A program made the position numbers and the translations under genes. From a candidate division FCPU426 bacterium (lineage in GTDB: Bacteria > Oederibacteriota > PGYV01 > Palsa-1178), in NCBI GenBank assembly GCA_963840035.1, contig CAWIXE010000002.1:224001-288000 (forward strand): 64,000 nt of DNA, given 5' to 3'. The first letter of the stretch is position 1; each line of letters opens with the position of its first letter. Of this stretch, positions 50,336-58,487 are shown piece by piece. Under the pieces are notes generated by a model. It worked only from the letters and a program-made list of their open reading frames with translations, was not told the origin of the DNA and did not search any database.

Positions 50336-50967
50336 CGGAAGTGCTTATCGCCGTATTCGGCATGACCATGATATATGTTTCCTCCACATCGAGGCTGGAA
50401 GCTTATACGCGCGTGCTGGCGCTGCAGGGGCTGATTTTGTTCCTCATGGTCCTGCTTGACCATTCGGAGATGACGGCTTTTAACCTTGTTTTCCTCGGGG
50501 CTGAGACCCTGTTGTTCAAGGCCATAATAATCCCGGCATTCCTCATGTATACCGTGAGGAGGAATAACATACAGCGGGAAATACAGCCATACATGCCCAG
50601 TTTTTATTCCGTGCTCATCACAACCGTGATATTCGCCTTTGGCTTCATCATAGCTTACTGGGCCGTCTCATACGCCGCGAATGTGCGGCCGCTTTATTTC
50701 GGCGTGTCCATAGCCACCATGATAACGGGGCTGTTTATCATCATAAGCCGCAAGAAGATAATAACGCACGTGATGGGTTATATAATGATGGAAAACGGCA
50801 TATTCATGCTTGCCATGTCCGTGGTAAGCGAGATGCCCATGATAGTGAACCTGGGCGTGCTCCTGGACCTTTTCGCGGCCATATACCTGCTGGGCCTTTT
50901 TGTAACGAAAATAAACTCCACCTTCGACGAACTGCACATTGATTCGTTGAGCAACCTCCGGGATTAG
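50332..50967 (+). CDS. HyfE-like subunit, operon 2
   Basis: LALQG, GYIMMENGIF, VNLGVLLD; ATGA coupling. Confidence 0.88.
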   Translation: MTEVLIAVFGMTMIYVSSTSRLEAYTRVLALQGLILFLMVLLDHSEMTAFNLVFLGAETLLFKAIIIPAFLMYTVRRNNIQREIQPYMPSFYSVLITTVIFAFGFIIAYWAVSYAANVRPLYFGVSIATMITGLFIIISRKKIITHVMGYIMMENGIFMLAMSVVSEMPMIVNLGVLLDLFAAIYLLGLFVTKINSTFDELHIDSLSNLRD

Positions 50968-50970
50968 GCC

Positions 50971-52380
50971 ATGATACCCGCGATATTATTCTCGGCCCCG
51001 GCAGCGGCGCTCCTGCTTTTGATATTCAGGAATAAGAAACTCAACGCCGTTGTTGTGTGCCTGTATTCCGCCCTCCACCTGGCGTGCTCGATCGCACTCA
51101 TGCGCAAACCCGGGTCATACGGCCCTTATTTCCACACGGACGCCCTGAACATATTCTTTCTCATAGTGCTGAGCATTGTGTTAGCCGGGGTATCGGTTTA
51201 CAACTATGATTTTACACGCCGGTCCGAAGTCACCGGCCGCAAATCCACGTATTACACAGCGGTCATGCTTGTGTTCTCCGCCGCGATAAGCGGGGTGGTG
51301 CTGGGGACAAACCTGGGCATGATTTGGGTATGCCTGGAAACAACCACCATAACAGGCGCATACCTCATATACTACAAAGAGGGGAAAGAACCGCTTGAGG
51401 CCGCGTGGAAGTACATGTTCATATGCTCCATCGGCATTGCCATCGCCTTTGTGGGGCTCATATTCCTCTCCATGGCGTATACACACGGGGAGAATTCACT
51501 TTTTTTCACCGACCTATACAGCCATGCGCCGGGCCTGAACTTATTCTGGCTGAAGATGTCCTTTGTATTCATGGCCATAGGTTTCGGGACAAAGGCCGGG
51601 CTTGCGCCCGTGCACACTTGGCTGCCTGACGCGTATTCGGAAGCGCCCTCCCCGGTATCGGTGCTGCTATCGGCGGCGCTGCTTAACTCAGAACTGCTTA
51701 TCATCATAAAAATCCTGAAAATAATGAAGCTCGGGGGGCTGGGTGAATTCGCCTCCGCGTTCCTTATGGCCATGGGCGCGCTCTCTGTCTTTGTGGCGGC
51801 CGTGTACATAATAAGGGTGGGGAATTACAAGAGGATGCTGGCGTACTCTTCCATAGAGAACATGGGGTTAATAACCATCAGCGCGGCATTGGGCGGCCCG
51901 GCCGCGTTCGCGGCCATACTGCACATAGCCGCCCACGCTTTTTCAAAGGCGTCGCTTTTCATGACTTCGGGGAACATCCTTAAAAGGTACAACACCAGGG
52001 AAATAAACGGGGTCTCCGGGCTTTTAAAAGCCGACCCGAAGGCGGCATGGTCGTGGATAGCGGGTTTCATACTGCTGTGCGGCATACCGCCATCGCCGAT
52101 ATTTTTAAGCGAATTCATAATGATAAAGACGATGTTTGAAAAAGGGCTGTGGTGGATGGCTGTTCCAATAATGCTGCTTCTGACCATAGTAATATACGGC
52201 ATGGCATCGGCTATTTTCAGGATGAGCTTCGGGAACGCGCCGAAAGGCATATCAGACGAGAAATTTAACGCCTTTAATTACGCGGGGCAGTTCATATTTA
52301 TCGCGGCGCTGATATGGGCCGGCATCTATATGCCCAGGCAAATAAGCGCGTTTATAAGCGCCGCGGCCGGGCTGATGTAG
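50971..52380 (+). CDS. HyfF-like subunit, operon 2
   Basis: LEAAWKY, GFGTKAGLAPVHTWLPDAYSEAP, KRMLAYSSIEN. Confidence 0.92.
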   Translation: MIPAILFSAPAAALLLLIFRNKKLNAVVVCLYSALHLACSIALMRKPGSYGPYFHTDALNIFFLIVLSIVLAGVSVYNYDFTRRSEVTGRKSTYYTAVMLVFSAAISGVVLGTNLGMIWVCLETTTITGAYLIYYKEGKEPLEAAWKYMFICSIGIAIAFVGLIFLSMAYTHGENSLFFTDLYSHAPGLNLFWLKMSFVFMAIGFGTKAGLAPVHTWLPDAYSEAPSPVSVLLSAALLNSELLIIIKILKIMKLGGLGEFASAFLMAMGALSVFVAAVYIIRVGNYKRMLAYSSIENMGLITISAALGGPAAFAAILHIAAHAFSKASLFMTSGNILKRYNTREINGVSGLLKADPKAAWSWIAGFILLCGIPPSPIFLSEFIMIKTMFEKGLWWMAVPIMLLLTIVIYGMASAIFRMSFGNAPKGISDEKFNAFNYAGQFIFIAALIWAGIYMPRQISAFISAAAGLM

Positions 52381-52443
52381 AAGGAAATAAAATATTAAGC
52401 ATGAGTAAAGTCCGGTTTTTCCGGAATGAGGCGGAGTGGAACA

Positions 52444-53922
52444 ATGGGTTTCAAAGTAATTAAAAACAACAGGACAGCAAAGTTAAAAGAGATAACGGAA
52501 ATGGCCGTAGACGTCTTAAGGACGCGCGTTATAACTTCATGCAACAGGGGAAGGCGGCTGATAGGTTTTTTCGCGGGGCCTTCAAAGAAGCTTTTTGTCA
52601 TGCTGGCTGATGACGCCGCGTCAACCATACATGTTGCCTGCGCCCCGCTGGATGGAGTCACGTCGTATAAGTCCATGACACCTGAACTTCCGCAGGCACA
52701 TATGTTCGAGAGGGAGTTTTATGAGGAGACTGGCATAGAGCCGCTCGGGCATCCCTGGCTTAAGGGCGTAAGATTTCCGCACAGCCGGTTTGACACAGGG
52801 GCTGACATGGCGTCATACAGGTTTTTTAAAATGGACGGGGATGAAATACATGAAGTGGCTGTCGGCCCGGTCCACGCAGGGATAATTGAACCGGGACATT
52901 TCAGGTTCATGTGCCACGGGGAAAAGGTTTACCACCTTGAAATCCAGCTCGGTTATCAGCACAGGGGAGTGGAAGAACTTTTTGCAAAGCGCGGTGACAA
53001 GCCCGCGCCGCATCTGGCAGAGTCCATTGCCGGTGATTCCGCCATAGCGCATTCGCAGGTATACTGCGGAATAATAGAGGCGCTCTCATCAGCCCCGGTA
53101 TCCCGCCGCGCCCACGCGATACGCGGCGCGGCGCTGGAACTTGAACGCGCGGGCATGCACACCGGCGGATTATCAGCCATATGCGGGGACATAGCCTACC
53201 TCGTGGGAAGCGCGGTTTTTGGGGCGAACAGGACGACCATCATAAATACATCCATGCTTATTTCAGGCAGCAGGTTCGGCCGCGGGCTGCTGCGGCCGGG
53301 AGGGACGGCTTTTGATATAAGCGCTGAAAAAGCCGGGGTTGTGAAAAGCAATGTCATGAAGGCATATGAGAACATAAGGATAATGGCGGAAGAGATGTTT
53401 TCCGCTTCAAGCGTAATGTCCAGGCTGCAGCAGACAGGGGTGCTGGCCCAGCAGCAGGCAAAAGAAATAGGCGCCATAGGTCTTGCGGCAAAGGCGTCGG
53501 GCATTGCCATGGACTCGCGCTCGGACCACCCGTACGGTATTTACAACCACATGCCAGTGCATAAGCTTACCATGGACTCAGGCGACGCGTTTGCCAGGAG
53601 TTACCTCCGTTACATGGAAATAACCCAGTCAGTGGAAATGGTGAGGGAGATTATGGAGAACTTACCGGCAGGGGAAATCATGGAAAAGCCGGGACCGCTG
53701 GCGGAGGATTCATTCGCGGTATCCATAGCAGAAGGCTGGAGGGGCGCCGTGGTACACGCAGCCATAACGGATTCCAAAGGCAGGATAGCAAGGTATAAAG
53801 TCAAGGACCCGTCGTTTAATAACTGGTACGGGCTGGCGCTGGCGCTGAGGAATGAAGGTATTTCTGATTTTCCGTTAATAAATAAAAGTTTTGACCTTTC
53901 ATACTGCGGGAATGATTTGTAG
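52444..53922 (+). CDS. Ehr large subunit lacking Ni-binding CxxC motifs, operon 2
   Basis: VGPVHAGIIEPGHFRF; AESIAGDSAIAH; ends DFPLINKSFDLSYCGNDL. Confidence 0.92.
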   Translation: MGFKVIKNNRTAKLKEITEMAVDVLRTRVITSCNRGRRLIGFFAGPSKKLFVMLADDAASTIHVACAPLDGVTSYKSMTPELPQAHMFEREFYEETGIEPLGHPWLKGVRFPHSRFDTGADMASYRFFKMDGDEIHEVAVGPVHAGIIEPGHFRFMCHGEKVYHLEIQLGYQHRGVEELFAKRGDKPAPHLAESIAGDSAIAHSQVYCGIIEALSSAPVSRRAHAIRGAALELERAGMHTGGLSAICGDIAYLVGSAVFGANRTTIINTSMLISGSRFGRGLLRPGGTAFDISAEKAGVVKSNVMKAYENIRIMAEEMFSASSVMSRLQQTGVLAQQQAKEIGAIGLAAKASGIAMDSRSDHPYGIYNHMPVHKLTMDSGDAFARSYLRYMEITQSVEMVREIMENLPAGEIMEKPGPLAEDSFAVSIAEGWRGAVVHAAITDSKGRIARYKVKDPSFNNWYGLALALRNEGISDFPLINKSFDLSYCGNDL

Positions 53923-53927
53923 GTTGT

Positions 53928-54003
53928 AAATCACAAATCCCAAAGAAATGCGAATCGCGGGATTTGGATCTGAAATTCAATTTGGGATTTGTGATTTGTG
54001 ATT
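53928..54003. repeat. Heptamer inverted repeat inside operon 2
   Basis: AAATCACAAATCCCAAA ... TTTGGGATTTGTGATTT. Confidence 0.65.
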
Positions 54004-54022
54004 AAAACATACAGGAGAGCAA

Positions 54023-54778
54023 ATGTTCGACATTTTACGCATCAGGGCCCGTCAGGGCAATCAGGCAATACCCGACATAAAGAAGGCTGTAATAATCCCG
54101 GAGTTCCGCGGCCTGCCTGAGATTTCCGTTGCCGAAACCGGGGCTGATTTTATCGCTGATACTGTCTGTCCGGTATCGGCCATAGGGAAAGCGCCGCTTC
54201 GTATCGACCTGGGCAAATGCGTTTTTTGCGGGGATTGCGAGCGGGCATGCAAAAACAGCGAGATAAAATTCACCGCCCGGCATAAGATTTCCGCTGATTC
54301 CAGGGAAAAACTTGTCATAACTAAAGGCGCGGGAAAAGATGACTTTGAAAAATACGCGGTAAAATCGCGCCTTGAAATATCAAAAATATTCGGCCGCTCC
54401 CTGAAATTACGCCAGGTTTCAGCCGGCGGCTGCGGCGGCTGCGAACTGGAACTCAACGCATGCAGCAACGTAAATTTTGACATGGGAAGGTTCGGCATAG
54501 ATTTTGTGGCATCGCCGAGGCACGCCGACGGAATAGTGATTACAGGCCCCATAACCGAAAACATGTCATACGCGCTGGAAGAAACATATAACGCCGTCCC
54601 TGACCCGAAGATAATAATACTGGCCGGTTCCTGCGCCATATCAGGAGGGGTTTTTGAAGGTTCAAAATCGTTGAACAGGGGATTCCTTCAAAACCACAAG
54701 GTGGATCTTTATGTACCCGGATGCGCCATACATCCTCTTACCTTTATAAACGGGGTTTTGAAGTTAATAGGAAGGTAA
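54023..54778 (+). CDS. Ehr small subunit (ferredoxin plus NuoB-like), operon 2
   Basis: CVFCGDCERAC, GGCGGCE, SPRHADG, GSCA, PGCAIHP. Confidence 0.92.
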   Translation: MFDILRIRARQGNQAIPDIKKAVIIPEFRGLPEISVAETGADFIADTVCPVSAIGKAPLRIDLGKCVFCGDCERACKNSEIKFTARHKISADSREKLVITKGAGKDDFEKYAVKSRLEISKIFGRSLKLRQVSAGGCGGCELELNACSNVNFDMGRFGIDFVASPRHADGIVITGPITENMSYALEETYNAVPDPKIIILAGSCAISGGVFEGSKSLNRGFLQNHKVDLYVPGCAIHPLTFINGVLKLIGR

Positions 54779-54792
54779 ACTTAAAGTTTAAA

Positions 54793-54858
54793 ACTGAAAG
54801 CTGAAAGTTGAAACAATATCAAACCTGCTTTTCAACTTTCAGCTTTCAGTTTTCAGTT
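54793..54858. repeat. Heptamer inverted repeat, possible bidirectional terminator
   Basis: AACTGAAAGCTGAAAGTTGAAA ... TTTCAACTTTCAGCTTTCAGTT (perfect arms). Confidence 0.7.
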
Positions 54859-54862
54859 GCCT

Positions 54863-55060
54863 TTACTTTCTTTCCGTCCTCTCAAAATGCCCCAAATCAT
54901 CAAGCAATTTTGACATCAGTTCCAGGTCGAAACTTCCCATTACATTCCTGTTGCCCCTGTCCAGATAGTGCGAATGCATTTCTTCCCTGATATCAAGCCG
55001 CTCATGGAGGTATTTTGACTTGAGGTCTTCAGGCCTTAATTCGCCTTTTTTGTTTTTCAT
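54863..55060 (-). CDS. Small hypothetical protein (65 aa)
   Basis: GGAGGCGAGG upstream of MKNKKGELRPEDLKSKYLHERLDIREE... Confidence 0.5.
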   Translation of the reverse strand: MKNKKGELRPEDLKSKYLHERLDIREEMHSHYLDRGNRNVMGSFDLELMSKLLDDLGHFERTERK

Positions 55061-55383
55061 AAACCTCGCCTCCTCTTTTTTTACTTCTTCTCTCACTATA
55101 AGTATAGCACCGGAAGTTAAAAATGCCAAATTTGGGGGATTGGAACGGGGTTCCGCGAAAAAAATCTGTGCTTTAAAAATATGGCGGATTTTGGAATCAA
55201 AAGGCGTACGGGTGGATATAATCCGCCCGCTACAAAGGCAATCCAAAAACCGCGCCATTTATGATATAATAATTTTTGTTTATAACGAGGCAGGGGATCG
55301 CGGCCAAAAGTGATGATTCAATATCTGTCTCCAGTCTCCTGTCCCGTTATAACTCGAACGCGAATATAATCAGGGGGTGTTTT

Positions 55384-55632
55384 ATGGCGAATCTTGGAAG
55401 GTTAAAGAACATGTCCGACGAGGACATACAGGACTGGCTGCGCGGCGTCGGGGTGGAGGGCGCGGTAGGGCTCGGGCTGGCTATGCTTGAGGCAGATGAG
55501 GATACCAAAAAATGCGTATTCCGGAACATGTCAGAGCGCGCTGTGTCTGTACTAAAGGGCGATATGAAAAGGTACGAAGCCATGGGCCCTGATGAGCTGA
55601 ATATGATGAAAAAAGCCAATAAAATAAAGTAA
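55384..55632 (+). CDS. Stand-alone FliG C-terminal-domain-like protein
   Basis: MSDEDIQDWLR...LGLAM...VFRNMSERAVSVLKGDM matches the FliG_C pattern. Confidence 0.7.
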   Translation: MANLGRLKNMSDEDIQDWLRGVGVEGAVGLGLAMLEADEDTKKCVFRNMSERAVSVLKGDMKRYEAMGPDELNMMKKANKIK

Positions 55633-55735
55633 ACCTGAACCTTTGTTTTACCCCGCAAAATTGATTTGACTATATATTTTTAATATGATAAATTATTAAG
55701 ACATTCATGATGGGACTTGCATATTCCAGGAGGAA

Positions 55736-56251
55736 ATGATGAAAAAACTTAAGAAATTAATATGTACCATAGTTCTTATATGTTTTTCAGGGGTTTTATT
55801 CGCCCAGTCAGGCATGTCTGATGTTGTCATCGATGAAACCATACTTGAACCAAAAGACCCGATACTCGGCACAGTTGTAGCCATCGGGCCGGGGCTTTTA
55901 GCGCACGGCTGGGGTCAGTTTTACGCTGAGAATTACAAAATGGGGCTGGCGCTTTTCGGGCTTGAGCTTGTCTCCATAATAACCATAGGCGTCGGATATG
56001 TGGAATTCTCAAATCCCAATAACCTGACTGATTATGCCGCCGCTAATAACGTTAAAAGGGCCGGGGCTATTACGCTGGCGGCAGGGGTGCTGTTATTTGT
56101 CGCGACATGGGTCGCGGACATAGCGCTCGCGGGCAACGCGGCCATGCAGTATAACAAGGAACACAACCTGGAATTCAAAATGCAGCAGGAATCGCTGTTA
56201 AACGGCAATTACAATAATACATACGCGGCTATATATAATTTAAGGTTCTGA
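55736..56251 (+). CDS. Secreted or envelope hypothetical protein
   Basis: Signal peptide; PGLLAHGWGQFYA, hydrophobic helices, C-terminal YNLRF. Confidence 0.7.
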   Translation: MMKKLKKLICTIVLICFSGVLFAQSGMSDVVIDETILEPKDPILGTVVAIGPGLLAHGWGQFYAENYKMGLALFGLELVSIITIGVGYVEFSNPNNLTDYAAANNVKRAGAITLAAGVLLFVATWVADIALAGNAAMQYNKEHNLEFKMQQESLLNGNYNNTYAAIYNLRF

Positions 56252-56293
56252 TACAAGCCATGCATGGGCCGCATACATGCGCGGCCTGAGGAT

Positions 56294-56333
56294 AAAAAAA
56301 ACAGGCCGGATGGTAATCCGGCCTGTTTTTTTT
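56294..56333 (+). terminator. Intrinsic terminator
   Basis: AAAAAAAACAGGCCGGAT-GGTA-ATCCGGCCTGTTTTTTTT. Confidence 0.85.
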
Positions 56334-56334
56334 A

Positions 56335-56528
56335 GGCTCAAGGGGTTGTGTGAGTGTGTGGCTCAAGTGGATGTTGGGAGTGTGTGGGCTCAAGTGATAG
56401 TTGGAGTTGGTTGGTTCAAGGGTCGGTTTTTACATTAAACATTGAGCCCAAAGATTCCCACAATTACTTGAGCCCAAAAGATTCACACACCCACTTGAGC
56501 CATCAAAATTTCCACATCCACTTGAGCT
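56335..56528. repeat. Degenerate GCTCAAG/CTTGAGC inverted element
   Basis: Four GG(C/T)TCAAG units on the left, four TTGAGC units on the right, centre GGTTTTTA. Confidence 0.7.
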
Positions 56529-56567
56529 CTGCGTACCAGATTTTCACAAACACGGAGGTTTAAAAAC

Positions 56568-58331
56568 ATGTTAAAAAGAACCCACTACTGCGGTGAAGTA
56601 ACAGAGGCCTTGATCGGCCAGGAAGTATCCATTAACGGCTGGCTTGACACCAGGCGCGACCACGGCGGGCTTATATTCTTTGACGTCCGCGATAAGTTCG
56701 GAAAAGTGCAGGTGGTATTTGACCCTGAGATAAATAAAGGACTTCACGAGACCGCGCACAAACTGCGCAGCGAGTATGTCCTGGGTATTAAGGGAAAAGT
56801 CAGGAACAGGCCCGAGGGCACGACCAACTCAAAATTAAAAACAGGCATGATAGAAATAGTGGCCTCAGAGGTGGAAGTGTTCAACCAGTCACAGCCGCTT
56901 CCTTTCCCCATAGACGAATCAGCCGAGGTAAACGAGGACTTAAGGCTTAAGTACAGGTATCTGGACCTTCGCAGGCCGAAAATACTCAACAACCTTATCA
57001 TAAGGCACAAACTCACGCAGATAATCAGGAAGTACCTGGATGAGAACCATTTTGTGGACGTGGAAACCCCGGTGCTTTTTAAATCAACTCCGGAAGGCGC
57101 CCGCGATTACCTCGTGCCGTCGCGCGTAAACCCGGGGACTTTTTTCGCGCTCCCGCAGTCGCCCCAGATGTTAAAGCAGATACTCATGGTGGCCGGCTTG
57201 GACAGGTATTACCAGGTGGTAAAATGCTTCCGCGACGAGGATTTGCGCGCTGACAGGCAGCCTGAGTTCACGCAGATAGATATCGAGATGTCCTTCATTG
57301 ACGAGGACGACATAATGGGCCACTCAGAAAATTTCATCAGGGACGTATTTGAGCAGATACAGAGCACAAAGCTGCCCAAGCCGTTTCCGCGCATGACGTA
57401 TGACCAGGCCATGGAAGAGTACGGAAATGACAAACCGGACACAAGGTTCGCGATGAAATTAAAGACCGTCAGCGAAGTCTTTGACGGTTCTGATTTCAAA
57501 ATATTCTCCGAGACGGTAAAAAACGGCGGCGTGGTAAAAGCTTTAAACTTTAAAAATTCCGCCGAGAAACTTTCGCGCAAGGACATAGACGACCTCGTGG
57601 CGTACGCCATCAGGCAGGGCGCGGGAGGCATGGCGTGGATCAGGTTCGCCGAGAAGCCGGAGTCGCCGATAGTGAAGTTCTTAAGCGACGACCGCGTGAA
57701 CAAACTTAAGGAATTAATGGCCGTGGAAAAAGGGGACATAGTGTTCTTCATGGCCGACAAGAAGGATAAGGTAAACGACATATTAAGCAGGGTCAGGCTT
57801 CACATAGGCGGGAAGTACGAGCTTTACGACGAAAAGAAGCTTGAGTTCCTGTGGGTAGTGGATTTCCCGCTGATGAGCTATGACGCCGAGGAAAAACGCT
57901 ACGTGGCAAACCACCACCCGTTTACGGCCCCAAAAGCCTCTGACATCGCCATGCTTGACACAGACCCGCTTAAGGTAAAGGCAAGGGCGTATGACCTGGT
58001 ATTAAACGGCACGGAAATCGGCGGCGGTTCGATAAGGATACACGACAGCGGCCTTCAGAAAAAAATGTTCAACCTTATGAATATAGACGACGCGTCAGCG
58101 GAAATGAAGTTCGGATTCCTCCTTGAAGCCTTAAAATTCGGGGCGCCGCCTCACGGAGGCATAGCTTTCGGCCTCGACAGGATGGCCATGATTATTACGG
58201 GAAGCCAGTCCATCAGGGACGTAATCGCGTTCCCGAAGACCGCAAAGGCGCAGTGCCTGCTCTCAAACGCGCCCTCGCAGGTGGAAGACAAGCAGTTAAA
58301 AGAGTTGTATATAAAGATAAACCTGGATTAG
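56568..58331 (+). CDS. aspS: Aspartate-tRNA ligase, probably non-discriminating (Asp/Asn)
   Basis: RTHYCG, RRDHGG, STPEGARDYLVPSR, FRDEDLRADRQPEFTQ, GAPPHGGIAFGLDR. Confidence 0.97.
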   Translation: MLKRTHYCGEVTEALIGQEVSINGWLDTRRDHGGLIFFDVRDKFGKVQVVFDPEINKGLHETAHKLRSEYVLGIKGKVRNRPEGTTNSKLKTGMIEIVASEVEVFNQSQPLPFPIDESAEVNEDLRLKYRYLDLRRPKILNNLIIRHKLTQIIRKYLDENHFVDVETPVLFKSTPEGARDYLVPSRVNPGTFFALPQSPQMLKQILMVAGLDRYYQVVKCFRDEDLRADRQPEFTQIDIEMSFIDEDDIMGHSENFIRDVFEQIQSTKLPKPFPRMTYDQAMEEYGNDKPDTRFAMKLKTVSEVFDGSDFKIFSETVKNGGVVKALNFKNSAEKLSRKDIDDLVAYAIRQGAGGMAWIRFAEKPESPIVKFLSDDRVNKLKELMAVEKGDIVFFMADKKDKVNDILSRVRLHIGGKYELYDEKKLEFLWVVDFPLMSYDAEEKRYVANHHPFTAPKASDIAMLDTDPLKVKARAYDLVLNGTEIGGGSIRIHDSGLQKKMFNLMNIDDASAEMKFGFLLEALKFGAPPHGGIAFGLDRMAMIITGSQSIRDVIAFPKTAKAQCLLSNAPSQVEDKQLKELYIKINLD

Positions 58332-58384
58332 TATTAATATGATTCTGCAGGAAATATGTTTTTTTACTGACTCCGGTTGGTTTC

Positions 58385-58408
58385 GTAGGGGCGATTCATG
58401 AATCGCCC
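58385..58408 (+). repeat. GTAG-type REP-like hairpin
   Basis: GTAGGGGCGATTCATGAATCGCCC. Confidence 0.75.
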
Positions 58409-58426
58409 GCTCTAAATACAGGCTTT

Positions 58427-58468
58427 TAAATAATAAAACCCGCGTTAAAACGCGGGTTTTATTATTTA
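58427..58468. terminator. Bidirectional terminator between convergent genes
   Basis: TAAATAATAAAACCCGCGTT-AA-AACGCGGGTTTTATTATTTA. Confidence 0.85.
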
Positions 58469-58487
58469 TATGGCGTTTACGCGGGGT

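Noticed and set aside
44049..53922. Functional NiFe hydrogenase-4 / formate hydrogenlyase
   Set aside because: Both large subunits lack the N- and C-terminal CxxC Ni ligands; no fdh or hyp genes in the window
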